DNA of 64,000 nt. Source: an uncultured bacterium. Lineage in GTDB: Bacteria; Eisenbacteria; RBG-16-71-46; CAIMUX01; WJJG01. The notes under the pieces were generated by a model. That model did not search any database, was not told the origin of the DNA, and saw nothing but the letters and a program-made list of their open reading frames with translations. The position numbers and the translations under genes were made by a program. This document shows positions 27,001 through 34,813 of this stretch, one piece after another; position 1 is the stretch's first letter; each line of letters starts with the position of its first letter. The stretch lies in NCBI GenBank assembly GCA_964573295.1, contig CAZNJE010000021.1:3570-67569 (forward strand), given 5' to 3'.

Positions 27001-27303
27001 GACGCTGCGGCCGAAGTCGAAGAAAACGCCCACGAACACGTCGTCCTCGTCGGTGTTCGAGAAGATGTGATTGACGTCCCCCAGCGTGGCCATGATCTCT
27101 TCAATCGGCCGCGCAATCTCCTTCTCGGCCTGGGCCGGGACGGCGTTCGGATAGGGCACGTAGACCCCGATGAAGGGGAAGTCCACCATCGGCAGGAAAT
27201 CCATCTTGAGGCGCGTCAGACTCACCGCGCCCAGGACCAGCACGGCCAGGGTGATGACCAGCACGGTCACGGGCTTTTGCAGCGCGTGATCGGACAGGCT
27301 CAT
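24085..27303 (-). CDS. RND (HAE1/AcrB-type) efflux permease, second RND gene of the operon (MdtC-like)
   Basis: Start revised to MSLSDHALQKPVTVLV (RBS GGGAGG). 12-TM AcrB architecture. Approximately 40-aa Ala/Pro-rich insert (GSQGTAGIRAKKNASPAAAPAVAPTAAPAAAAAPNEG) in a periplasmic loop. Confidence 0.85.
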   Translation of the reverse strand: MSLSDHALQKPVTVLVITLAVLVLGAVSLTRLKMDFLPMVDFPFIGVYVPYPNAVPAQAEKEIARPIEEIMATLGDVNHIFSNTDEDDVFVGVFFDFGRSVDVLRMEVKEKLEQVRPLLPDDVDDTYIFSFNSNDIPIMVGRISAPGRDLANSYDLLERRVINPMRRVEGVGRVEVGGINPKSIRIYLHLDSIIAHGIDIERLFELLNANNIDMSVGRVVDGDQRVTVRTLGQFRSLDELEDLQVSPSGLRLRDIATVDYSEPSYGYLRRLNGESAIAIEVQKASGANIVEVSEGIHEVLEEIRRDPVLEGINVIFFFDQAEQIRNSLRSVFQAGLIGSLLAVVVIYLFLRRMRNTLIASVAMPFCVISACVFLYLTDRSLNVLTMMGLMLAVGMLVDNAIVVLESIFRKQEQGLSAPEAARLGAREVGMAVTASTLTSIIVFAPIVLSNTNEIMVWMSEVGITISVTLVFSLLICLTLVPMLAARTPLEGQGSQGTAGIRAKKNASPAAAPAVAPTAAPAAAAAPNEGRWLTALRSGYLRMLRWTAIAHPMRTGLVFIPLFIVVTIVAMQVTGFEPEVMGDRGVKRSEVEFWLEFSDNTNLYAVHDRVLELEEFLLPLRDSHGVESVYCWYYDNNASFSLIYPKEDPLSVDQVKQMREFLRESLPEIAGVTYRFGTEEESGQGAKTMAVTLFGEDTELLTEISEEAHRRLSSIDDLEDVRTDIQEGADEVRVVLDREQGGRFGVDSRTLASILGLTFRGIPLREFQGETREVDMDIVLEPSDRRNIDNLARLPISYRDGRPILLGQIARFEMGKGAQRIHREQQKTAITVRGAYEGDNYSGLQDRVERVMNTLDLPSGYSWSFSRQLQEEAAEQNEMLINILLALCCVYLLMAALFESLLHPLVIMLCIPFAALGVIWTLMVSNTPFNIMAMIGIVILVGLVVNNGIVLVDHINNLRRKGRSREDAILEGCRDRFRPILMAASTTILGLTPLALGRADMAGGYYYPLARAIMGGLATSTVLTLIVLPTFYVLAERAIVFIRQTITWGRGSGPLPWEVAPAAARGAGTAVRN

Positions 27304-27412
27304 CGTTGCCTCCCTGGGTCTCGGCCCGTCGCCTGCTCGAGGCACATCCCCTGACACCGTCTCACGATCCGCCCCCGTCGTCTGCTCACCCGGTCCCATC
27401 CCCCGCGCCGCC

Positions 27413-30400
27413 TCACACCTTCCGATCCATCGTGGCGTAGAGCACCGGGATCACGAAGAGCGTCAGCAGCGTGCCCAGCGCCAGCCCACCGATCACCGCG
27501 ATGGCCATGGGGGCTCGCAGCTCCGCCCCCTGGCCCAGCCCCAGCGCCATGGGTAGCAGGGCGAGGATCGTGGTCAGGGTCGTCATCAGGATCGGGCGGA
27601 GACGCGCTCGGGCGGCATCGATGATCGCCTCCAGCTTGGCCAGGCCGGCCCGGCGGCGCTGGTTGATGAAGTCGATCAATACGATCGCGTTGTTGACCAC
27701 GATACCGGTCAGCATCACCACACCGATCAGAACCACCACGCTGACGGCCGTGCCGGTGACCGCGAGCGCCAGCACGACCCCGATGCCGCCCAAGGGCACC
27801 GAGAAGAGGATGACCAGCGGGTGCAGGAACGACTCGAACTGGCTCGCCATCACCAGGTAGACCATGAAGAGCGCCAGGAAGGCGGCCAGTGCGAGGCTGC
27901 GGAAGGAGGTCGAGACCTCCTCGTTCTGTCCGCCGAGTTCGGCGTGCAGGGTGACCGGCGGCGGCTGGGTGAACAGAAGCCGGCGCAGGTCGCGGGTGGC
28001 GCTGCCCAGGTCGCGGCCCACCAAATTGGCGCGTACCACGGCGGCTCGTTGTTGGCCGATGTGGGTGATCTGCGAGGGCCCGCGGCCGTATTCGATCTCG
28101 GCCACGGTCGAGAGCGGAATCGGCACCCCTTCCACCTGGCTGACGACCAGGTTCTCGACCTGCCCCACCTCGATCTGTCGTGCCCGCGCCGTGCGTACCA
28201 GGATGTCGATCTGGCGGTCTTGCTCCTTGAACCGCGTCGCCACCTCGCCACGGATCTTGTTGCGCAGCGTGCTGGAAACTCCTTCCAGATCCAGATCGAG
28301 TGCTGCCATCCGGTCCCGGCGGAACTTGACCTGTACCTCGGGACTCCCGGCTTCGAGATCACTGCGCACGTCCCGCAATCCAGGGATCTCGGTCATCGCC
28401 CGGGCCAGCTCCGTAGCGTATCCTCCGAGCACGGTCAGATCGTTGCCGTAGACATGGACCTCGATCGGCGTGCGGAAGCTGAAGTAGGTGGGCCGCTTGA
28501 AGGTGTAGCGGACCGTCTCCTCCCGTTCGAGCCGCTCGCGGACGAGCTCGATCACCGCCTCCTCTTGTTGACGGTTGCCCGGATCGGCGATGGCGATGTT
28601 GATCTGCGCCACGTTCTCACGACGCTCGATGGCCGCGCCCCCCAGCTCCGGACTCTCGCCCACGCTCGCAAAGAGGCGCCCGATCCGCGAGTCGCCGACC
28701 AGGTCAGCTTCAATGCGCCCGACGGCCCGTTCACAGTTCGCCAGCGATGTGCCCGGGGGCAACTCGAGCCGGAAGGCAAACTCGCCCTGGGAGAAGGGCG
28801 GCACCAGTTCCACACCCAGCGTGGGCACCAGCAATGCGGCCAGCGCCGCACTGCCTACGGCGAGTCCGACGGTGCGGCCGCGGTGGTCCAGGGCATTCTG
28901 CAGCAGCCTCGGATAGGCGCCATCTGCGACCCGCCAGAGACGGTCGAATCCGCGGTGGACCGGCTCCACCACCACACCCAGGCCCCGCCCGATCCAGCGC
29001 AACAGGAAGCTCACGCCACGGATCGCCAGGCCGGGTAGCAGGACAGCGAGGGTCCGCAGCACCCAGCGCAGCACGAAGAGAACCGATCGCCTCACCGCCA
29101 GCACCACGGCCGCGACAGCGCGCCAGACGGCACGCAGAGCTCGCACAACGGTGTTCGGGCGGCGCGCGGGGTCGGGTTCGCCGGCTTCGGCGGGAGCACC
29201 TGCGGACGCGCCTTCGCGCGGCGCCACGGGAACGTCCCCCTCGGCAACCTCTTCCTCGGGAACCTCCCCCTGGTGGCCGCCCACACCAAACGCATCCTGG
29301 GCCGAGCCTGAGGCAGAGGCGGAGGCGGGAGACTCTGTTGACGGAGAGGGGGATCGTGGGGATCCAGACGTCGCGAGACGGTCACCCGTTCTCCTCTGCC
29401 CCAGGCTCGCCAGCACAGGAATCAGTGTGAGTGCGGCCAGAAGGGATACCATTAGGGACGATGTCACCGTGAGGGCCTGATCCCGGAAGATCTGTCCGGC
29501 CATGCCCTCGACGAAGATGATCGGCAGGAAGACCGCGACCGTGGTCAGTGTCGAGGCGATGACCGCCCGCGAGACTTCAGAGGCGCCGTCGCGAACCGCC
29601 TCCCACAGGGCTTTGTCTTGATCCCGGTGGCGGCCGATCGCCTCCAGAACGACGATGGCGTTGTCGACCAGCATGCCGACGCCCAGCGCCAGACCTCCAA
29701 GGGACATGATGTTGAGGGAAACGCCCATCTGCTGCATGACGAAGAAGGTCGCCATGATCGAGACGGGAATCACCAGCCCGATGATCGCGGTGCTGCGACG
29801 CTCGCGCAGGAACAGGTAGATCATGAAGACGGCCAGGAGACCACCGATCAGCGCGTTGGAACGTACCTCCCCCAGCGATTGCTCGATGAAGGTAGACTGA
29901 TCGAAGAGGACCTCCGTGCGCGTGCCAACAGGCAACTCGCGCTCGAGCTGCTCGAGCCGGTCCTTGATCGTGCGGGCCACCTGCACCGTGTTGGCACTGC
30001 CCTCTTTGTAGAGAGCCAGCTCCACAGCCGCCTTGGCCGCCACGTGCGCGACCATCTCCCGATCCTTGTAGCCGCGGGTGATCGTGGCCACGTCGCGCAG
30101 GCGCACCTGCCGTCCGTCCTCCTCGAAGAGGATCGCTTCACCGACCTCGCCCAGCCCCGCGAATTCGTTGACGGTGCGTACCAGATACTCGGCACTGCGG
30201 TCGCGTAGGCGGCCGCCGGCGGCGTTGACGTTCTGGCCGTCCAGGAAACGAGACACCGCGTCGATCGGGATACCCAGCGCCGCCAGCTTGCCCTCGTCGA
30301 CCTCGACGTGAATCTCCTCTTCCAGTCCGCCCCTCACACGCACCGAGGCCACGCCTTCCAGCGACTCGAGATCCTTCTTCAGAACCCGGTCGGCCAGGTA

Positions 30401-30853
30401 GCGAAGCGAGACCAGATTGTCCTGGCCGAACACGCCGACGCGCAGAATCGGGTCGAGCGAGGGATCGTAGCGAAGCAGGATCGGCATGCCGGCATCGTCG
30501 GGCAGGTTGACCAGGTCGATCTTCTCCCGCACATCCAGCGCGGCGTAGTCCATGTCGGTCTTCCAGGTGAACTCGAGAGTGATCTCCGAGACACCCGGCC
30601 GGGAGTCCGAACGCAGGCTGCGCAGACCTGGAACGACCGATATCGCTTCCTCCATGGGTTCGGTGATCAGCTTCTCGACCTCGGCCGGGGCGGCATCCTC
30701 GTACTCGGTCCGCAAGGTCAGGGTGGGATAGGAGATCTCGGGCAAAAGGTTCAGTGGCAGACGCGACAGCGACACCAACCCAAAGAGCACGGCCGCCACG
30801 GTGATCATCATCACCGTCACCGGCCGTCGCATCGATCCTTCCACGAGTTTCAT
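27413..30853 (-). CDS. RND (HAE1/AcrB-type) efflux permease, first RND gene (MdtB-like), with an approximately 130-aa low-complexity insertion
   Basis: N-terminus MKLVEGSMRRPVTVMMITVAAVLFGLVSL is typical of AcrB. Large Ser/Pro/Ala/Glu-rich insert (SGSPRSPSPSTESPASASASGS...EAGEPDPARR) plus an additional hydrophobic stretch. Confidence 0.85.
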   Translation of the reverse strand: MKLVEGSMRRPVTVMMITVAAVLFGLVSLSRLPLNLLPEISYPTLTLRTEYEDAAPAEVEKLITEPMEEAISVVPGLRSLRSDSRPGVSEITLEFTWKTDMDYAALDVREKIDLVNLPDDAGMPILLRYDPSLDPILRVGVFGQDNLVSLRYLADRVLKKDLESLEGVASVRVRGGLEEEIHVEVDEGKLAALGIPIDAVSRFLDGQNVNAAGGRLRDRSAEYLVRTVNEFAGLGEVGEAILFEEDGRQVRLRDVATITRGYKDREMVAHVAAKAAVELALYKEGSANTVQVARTIKDRLEQLERELPVGTRTEVLFDQSTFIEQSLGEVRSNALIGGLLAVFMIYLFLRERRSTAIIGLVIPVSIMATFFVMQQMGVSLNIMSLGGLALGVGMLVDNAIVVLEAIGRHRDQDKALWEAVRDGASEVSRAVIASTLTTVAVFLPIIFVEGMAGQIFRDQALTVTSSLMVSLLAALTLIPVLASLGQRRTGDRLATSGSPRSPSPSTESPASASASGSAQDAFGVGGHQGEVPEEEVAEGDVPVAPREGASAGAPAEAGEPDPARRPNTVVRALRAVWRAVAAVVLAVRRSVLFVLRWVLRTLAVLLPGLAIRGVSFLLRWIGRGLGVVVEPVHRGFDRLWRVADGAYPRLLQNALDHRGRTVGLAVGSAALAALLVPTLGVELVPPFSQGEFAFRLELPPGTSLANCERAVGRIEADLVGDSRIGRLFASVGESPELGGAAIERRENVAQINIAIADPGNRQQEEAVIELVRERLEREETVRYTFKRPTYFSFRTPIEVHVYGNDLTVLGGYATELARAMTEIPGLRDVRSDLEAGSPEVQVKFRRDRMAALDLDLEGVSSTLRNKIRGEVATRFKEQDRQIDILVRTARARQIEVGQVENLVVSQVEGVPIPLSTVAEIEYGRGPSQITHIGQQRAAVVRANLVGRDLGSATRDLRRLLFTQPPPVTLHAELGGQNEEVSTSFRSLALAAFLALFMVYLVMASQFESFLHPLVILFSVPLGGIGVVLALAVTGTAVSVVVLIGVVMLTGIVVNNAIVLIDFINQRRRAGLAKLEAIIDAARARLRPILMTTLTTILALLPMALGLGQGAELRAPMAIAVIGGLALGTLLTLFVIPVLYATMDRKV

Positions 30854-30873
30854 GGGTGTCTGTGCCCTCGCCG

Positions 30874-32394
30874 TTAGTAGCCCGGTGCGGAGTCCGCCAC
30901 CGCGGCGGGCGGCTCGACGACCTCACGGATGCGCGCGCCGGTCTTCAGGACCCCGTGGCCCACCGTGACGACGCGGTCGCCGGCTTCCAGTCCGGCGGTG
31001 ACCTGAATGTGCGTGTGGTTGGTCAGGCCGGTGGTCACCGGGACCTGGCTCACCGTGTCGGCCACGGCCCGGAAGACGAACGTCTCGGCGCCTTCGGACA
31101 CGAGGGCGCGTTTGGGAATGACCATGACCCCTTCGCGCAGATCGGTTTGCACGTTGACGCGCACGAAGGATCCGGGGCGAAGGCGGTAGTCATTGGCATC
31201 GACCTCGCAGGTCACTTTGACCGTACCGGTCCGGGCATCCACAATCGGCGCGATGCGCACGACCTGGCCGGGCACTTGCGCGTCGGGATCCGTGTCGGGA
31301 CTGATCACCACCGTCTGTCCCGGGGCGATCCGCTGCGCCTGTCGCTCGGGCAGGTGGATGCGCACAAGCAGGGGCGCTTGATCCACGATGCTGAAGAGCT
31401 CGGTGCCCACGGCAACCGTCTGGCCGGGGTCGACGAATCGTTCCGCGATGACCCCGGCAAACGGGGCCCTGATCTCGGTGTACTCGACCTGCAGTTCGGC
31501 GGCCTGCTTCTGTGCCTCGGCTTCTTCGAAGGCGTAGCGCGCATCGTGCAGACCTTTCTCGCTGGCCAGGTCCTGGTCGAACAGCTTGCGGATCCGCTCG
31601 AGATCGAGCTCGATCGCCCGGCAGCGGGCCTTCGTCTCCTGGAGACTGACCCGCTGAGCCCTGCCGTCGAGGCGTGCGAGAACCTGATCCTGCGCCACCC
31701 AGTCGCCTTCCTCGACGAGGATGGCCTGAACCTCGCCGCTGATCTTGGTCAACACCTCGGCGGCCTTCTCGGGCTCCAGTGTGGCGGTCGTGCCGAGATA
31801 GGCGGGCATGTCCTTGACAGTGACCGTGGCTATCTCGACCGGCACGACCTCCTCTTGCTCCTGGGCCTCTTCGTCGCCGCCACCTCCGAAGAGATTGGCA
31901 AGGAAGCTCTTCTTCTTCGGAGTCTGTGCCGTGCTGTCGGCCTGGGCGGAAGAGGTCTCACCGGTCTCGGTCGAGGCGGAGGCATCCGGCGACGCGGAGG
32001 CATCCGATGATCCGGAGGCATCCGACGATCCGGAGGCATCGACTGATTCGGCCTGCGCCGCGGCGGACTCGTCGGTGGAAGAGCCGCCGGCGCCGTCTCC
32101 GGCCTGACTGCAGCCGCCGAAGAGGATCGCGCTGACCAAGAAAAGTACCGCGAGCAGGGCGCCCCAACCCCACGTGGCACAGAAGACGGCGATAGGCTTG
32201 GAACCTGCGAGTCGCTGGGAGCGCGGGCTACACGCGGGCTGAGGGCTACACGCGGGCTGAGGACTACACGCGCGCTGCGGGCTACGGTCAAGGCGCGCAC
32301 CGCGCTCGGAGCACGCGCTGCGCTCGGAGCACTCACCGTGCCCGGAGCGCGCATCACGATGGGAACCTGTGGTTCTCGAGTTACCCCGAAGCAT
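30874..32394 (-). CDS. RND efflux periplasmic adaptor (membrane fusion protein, HlyD/AcrA family), lipoprotein; 5' start uncertain
   Basis: Lipobox (LFLVSAILFGGC). Biotinyl/lipoyl-like and beta-barrel MFP domains (VTVKDMPAYLGTTATLEPEKAAEVLTKISGEVQAILVEEGDWVAQDQVLARLD). The N-terminal 60 codons of the ORF overlap an array of direct repeats and are probably non-coding. Confidence 0.75.
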   Translation of the reverse strand: MLRGNSRTTGSHRDARSGHGECSERSACSERGARLDRSPQRACSPQPACSPQPACSPRSQRLAGSKPIAVFCATWGWGALLAVLFLVSAILFGGCSQAGDGAGGSSTDESAAAQAESVDASGSSDASGSSDASASPDASASTETGETSSAQADSTAQTPKKKSFLANLFGGGGDEEAQEQEEVVPVEIATVTVKDMPAYLGTTATLEPEKAAEVLTKISGEVQAILVEEGDWVAQDQVLARLDGRAQRVSLQETKARCRAIELDLERIRKLFDQDLASEKGLHDARYAFEEAEAQKQAAELQVEYTEIRAPFAGVIAERFVDPGQTVAVGTELFSIVDQAPLLVRIHLPERQAQRIAPGQTVVISPDTDPDAQVPGQVVRIAPIVDARTGTVKVTCEVDANDYRLRPGSFVRVNVQTDLREGVMVIPKRALVSEGAETFVFRAVADTVSQVPVTTGLTNHTHIQVTAGLEAGDRVVTVGHGVLKTGARIREVVEPPAAVADSAPGY

Positions 32395-32648
32395 GAATCC
32401 CCCCCCACGCTGGATGCCCGCCGGTCTGATCGAGAATCACCGGGCCGGCCTGGAACTCCCCTCTGGCGCAAACTACGGGAACGGGAAAGAGAGGGTTCCA
32501 TTGAAACGGGAATCCGGAGACTGGGGGCAGACAGGGCGCAGCGCCACAGATAGGCGCCGCAGCGGGATGACGTAAGCACCTGCAAGTACCCCCAAGCACC
32601 CGCAAGCACCCGCCGGCGTCCATGCGGCGGATCGGTGTGGGAGGGCAG

Positions 32649-33701
32649 CTACCCCAGCTCGAGCATCCGGTCGACCGCGCGGCGCGCCCGTACCCTGATC
32701 GGTTCCGGCACTTCGATGACGTGCTGATTACGCTGTAGCGATAGGAGGGTGTCCTGCAAGGTGATCTCCTTCATGTGCGGGCAGCGGACGCTGCACAAGC
32801 GCAGCAGGTCTTTCTCAGGATTCTCGGCGGCGATGTTGTCGCCCATGCTGCACTCGGTCAGAAGGAGATAGCGGGGAGCGCTCTTCTCGCGGACGTAGTC
32901 GATCATCTTCTTGGTGCTGCCGGAGAAGTCCGAAGCATTCACGACCTCCGGACTGCACTCGGGATGCGCCAGGATCACCACATCCGGATACTGCTTGCGG
33001 ACGTTTTCGATGTCCTCGACCTTGAATTGCTCGTGCACCTCGCACTTGCCGGTCCAGCCGATCATGACCTTCTCGATCTCGGTATCCGCACCGCGCGGGG
33101 GAATGGCCTTCGTGGGAAAGATGATATGCCGGCCGGTCTCCTGGGCCACGTTGCGGGCGAGGTATTCGTCGGGCAGAAAGATGACCGTATCGGAGTCCAT
33201 CGCCTCGACGATCCGGGCGGCGTTGCCCGATGTGCAGCAAACGTCGCTCTCGGCTTTCACATCGGCGTAGGTGTTGATGTAGGTCACGACCGGGACGCCC
33301 GGATACTGCTCGCGAAGCTTGCGGACGTCTTCCCCGGTGATGCTCTCGGCCAAGGAACAGCCGGCCTCCAGCGAGGGCAACAGCACCGTGCGGTCCGGGT
33401 TGATGATCTTGGCCGTCTCGGCCATGAACTTGACGCCGCAGAAGACGATCGGATCCTTGTCGGTCTCGGCCGCCCGGCGGCAGAGCTCGAACGAGTCCCC
33501 TTTGAAGTCCGGAACGGTGAGGAAGAGCGCTGGGCCCATATAATTGTGGCCCAGGACGACCGCGCCGCGCTCGTCCTTGAGCCGGTTGACCTCGGTGGCG
33601 AGCTCGGCCTTCTGGCGCAGCTCCTCATCATCAAACATCGTGCCCAGGCGCTCCTTCAAGAACGCGTAGGTCTCATCGGCTGTGCGATAGGCAATGGCCA
33701 T
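32649..33701 (-). CDS. nadA: Quinolinate synthase NadA
   Basis: MAIAYRTADETYAFLKERLG...GHNYMGPALFL...FCGVKFMAETAKIINPDRTVLLP...CCTSGNAARIVEA. Conserved Cys ligands for the [4Fe-4S] cluster. Start at internal ATG with RBS GGAG. Confidence 0.85.
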   Translation of the reverse strand: MAIAYRTADETYAFLKERLGTMFDDEELRQKAELATEVNRLKDERGAVVLGHNYMGPALFLTVPDFKGDSFELCRRAAETDKDPIVFCGVKFMAETAKIINPDRTVLLPSLEAGCSLAESITGEDVRKLREQYPGVPVVTYINTYADVKAESDVCCTSGNAARIVEAMDSDTVIFLPDEYLARNVAQETGRHIIFPTKAIPPRGADTEIEKVMIGWTGKCEVHEQFKVEDIENVRKQYPDVVILAHPECSPEVVNASDFSGSTKKMIDYVREKSAPRYLLLTECSMGDNIAAENPEKDLLRLCSVRCPHMKEITLQDTLLSLQRNQHVIEVPEPIRVRARRAVDRMLELG

Positions 33702-33812
33702 GACCTGGCTCCTCGAGTTCAAGGCAATCCCAAATGATAGCCTAACAGTCTGCACCCGCCGGGGGTGGGATTTCAAGCCAAGCCTCGAGCTGCGCGTCCA
33801 GGCGGGGATGAA

Positions 33813-34727
33813 TCAGAAGAGCGCCAAACTGGCCGGCAGGTAGCGCCGGTGGTCGGCGTAGGGCCGCTCGGACATGAATACCAGCATCTCGCTGTTGCGG
33901 AATCCCATGCTGAGCAGATAGCTGTAGAGCTCGTCGTTCTGGTGGGGGCAGGCGAGCATGATGCGGTCCGCCTTCATCTGTTCCCGATGCTCGCTGCACC
34001 ACCGCACCATCTCGCCGACGGTTGCGACCAGGTTGCGGTGAGTGGTCCCGGCCGCCGGCCCGAGCTCACCCATCTTGTTGACGAGGCCGTACCCCACTGG
34101 CCGGCCGCGGTGGCGCATGACCTGTGGTTGGAAGAGCTCGCTACTTCCCCAGTAGGTCCACTCCTTCGCCCGCGGAAAGCCCCGAACTTCCCCCTCGAAT
34201 CGGCGAATCCATGCCAGGTCTCGCTGGGTAGGCTTCTCGATCACCTCGAAACCATGGGGCGTGGGCGCATAGAGCCGATCCAGCTCCGCCGTCATCAGGG
34301 TCATGAGTGACTCGGGCACCATGCCGAAGCTGCTGTAGAGGCCTACCGCTTGCTGGTTGTAGGACATGGTGGCCAGTGAGTGCACCATCCCGGGCCGATC
34401 CACCCAGACCTTCTCGATCAACCGGCGGCCGATGCCTCGGTCCTGGAAGCGCGGATGGACGAACAACCAGGCCAGGTACCACTGCTTGCCGCGCTGCAGA
34501 GCGCCGGCAAAACCCACGATCGTCTCCCCGCGCCAGGCGCAGTAGAAAAGCTCGGGATCGGTGGCCAACAGGTGCGTGAACAACGTGGGCACGCGCGTCG
34601 CCCGGCGGCGGAACGGCGCCTTGCCGGTCTTCTCCCGCAGGTGATTCATCGACTTGAGGATCAATCTGACCGCCGGCAGCAAGTCCTTCTTGCGGCACCG
34701 GCGATAACGAATCGGCACGGACTTCAT
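33813..34727 (-). CDS. GNAT-family N-acetyltransferase (tandem GNAT-like halves)
   Basis: Acetyl-CoA binding motif (HPRFQDRGIGRRLIEKV) in the N-terminal half. Second GNAT-like fold in the C-terminal half. Confidence 0.7.
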   Translation of the reverse strand: MKSVPIRYRRCRKKDLLPAVRLILKSMNHLREKTGKAPFRRRATRVPTLFTHLLATDPELFYCAWRGETIVGFAGALQRGKQWYLAWLFVHPRFQDRGIGRRLIEKVWVDRPGMVHSLATMSYNQQAVGLYSSFGMVPESLMTLMTAELDRLYAPTPHGFEVIEKPTQRDLAWIRRFEGEVRGFPRAKEWTYWGSSELFQPQVMRHRGRPVGYGLVNKMGELGPAAGTTHRNLVATVGEMVRWCSEHREQMKADRIMLACPHQNDELYSYLLSMGFRNSEMLVFMSERPYADHRRYLPASLALF

Positions 34728-34813
34728 GACAGATCCTCATCCCCCCTGGCGGGCCACGCAGCGCCAACCGCGGGCCGCTCGCCACCGGCGGCGGCCCGCC
34801 GCTTTCACCCATC

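Noticed and set aside
30874-32394. Treating the full 506-aa ORF as the adaptor protein including the CSPQPA x3 N-terminal region
   Set aside because: The N-terminal 60 codons coincide with a DNA direct-repeat array and precede the lipoprotein signal. The real start is probably downstream (non-ATG or unresolved), so the start was flagged as uncertain rather than accepted.
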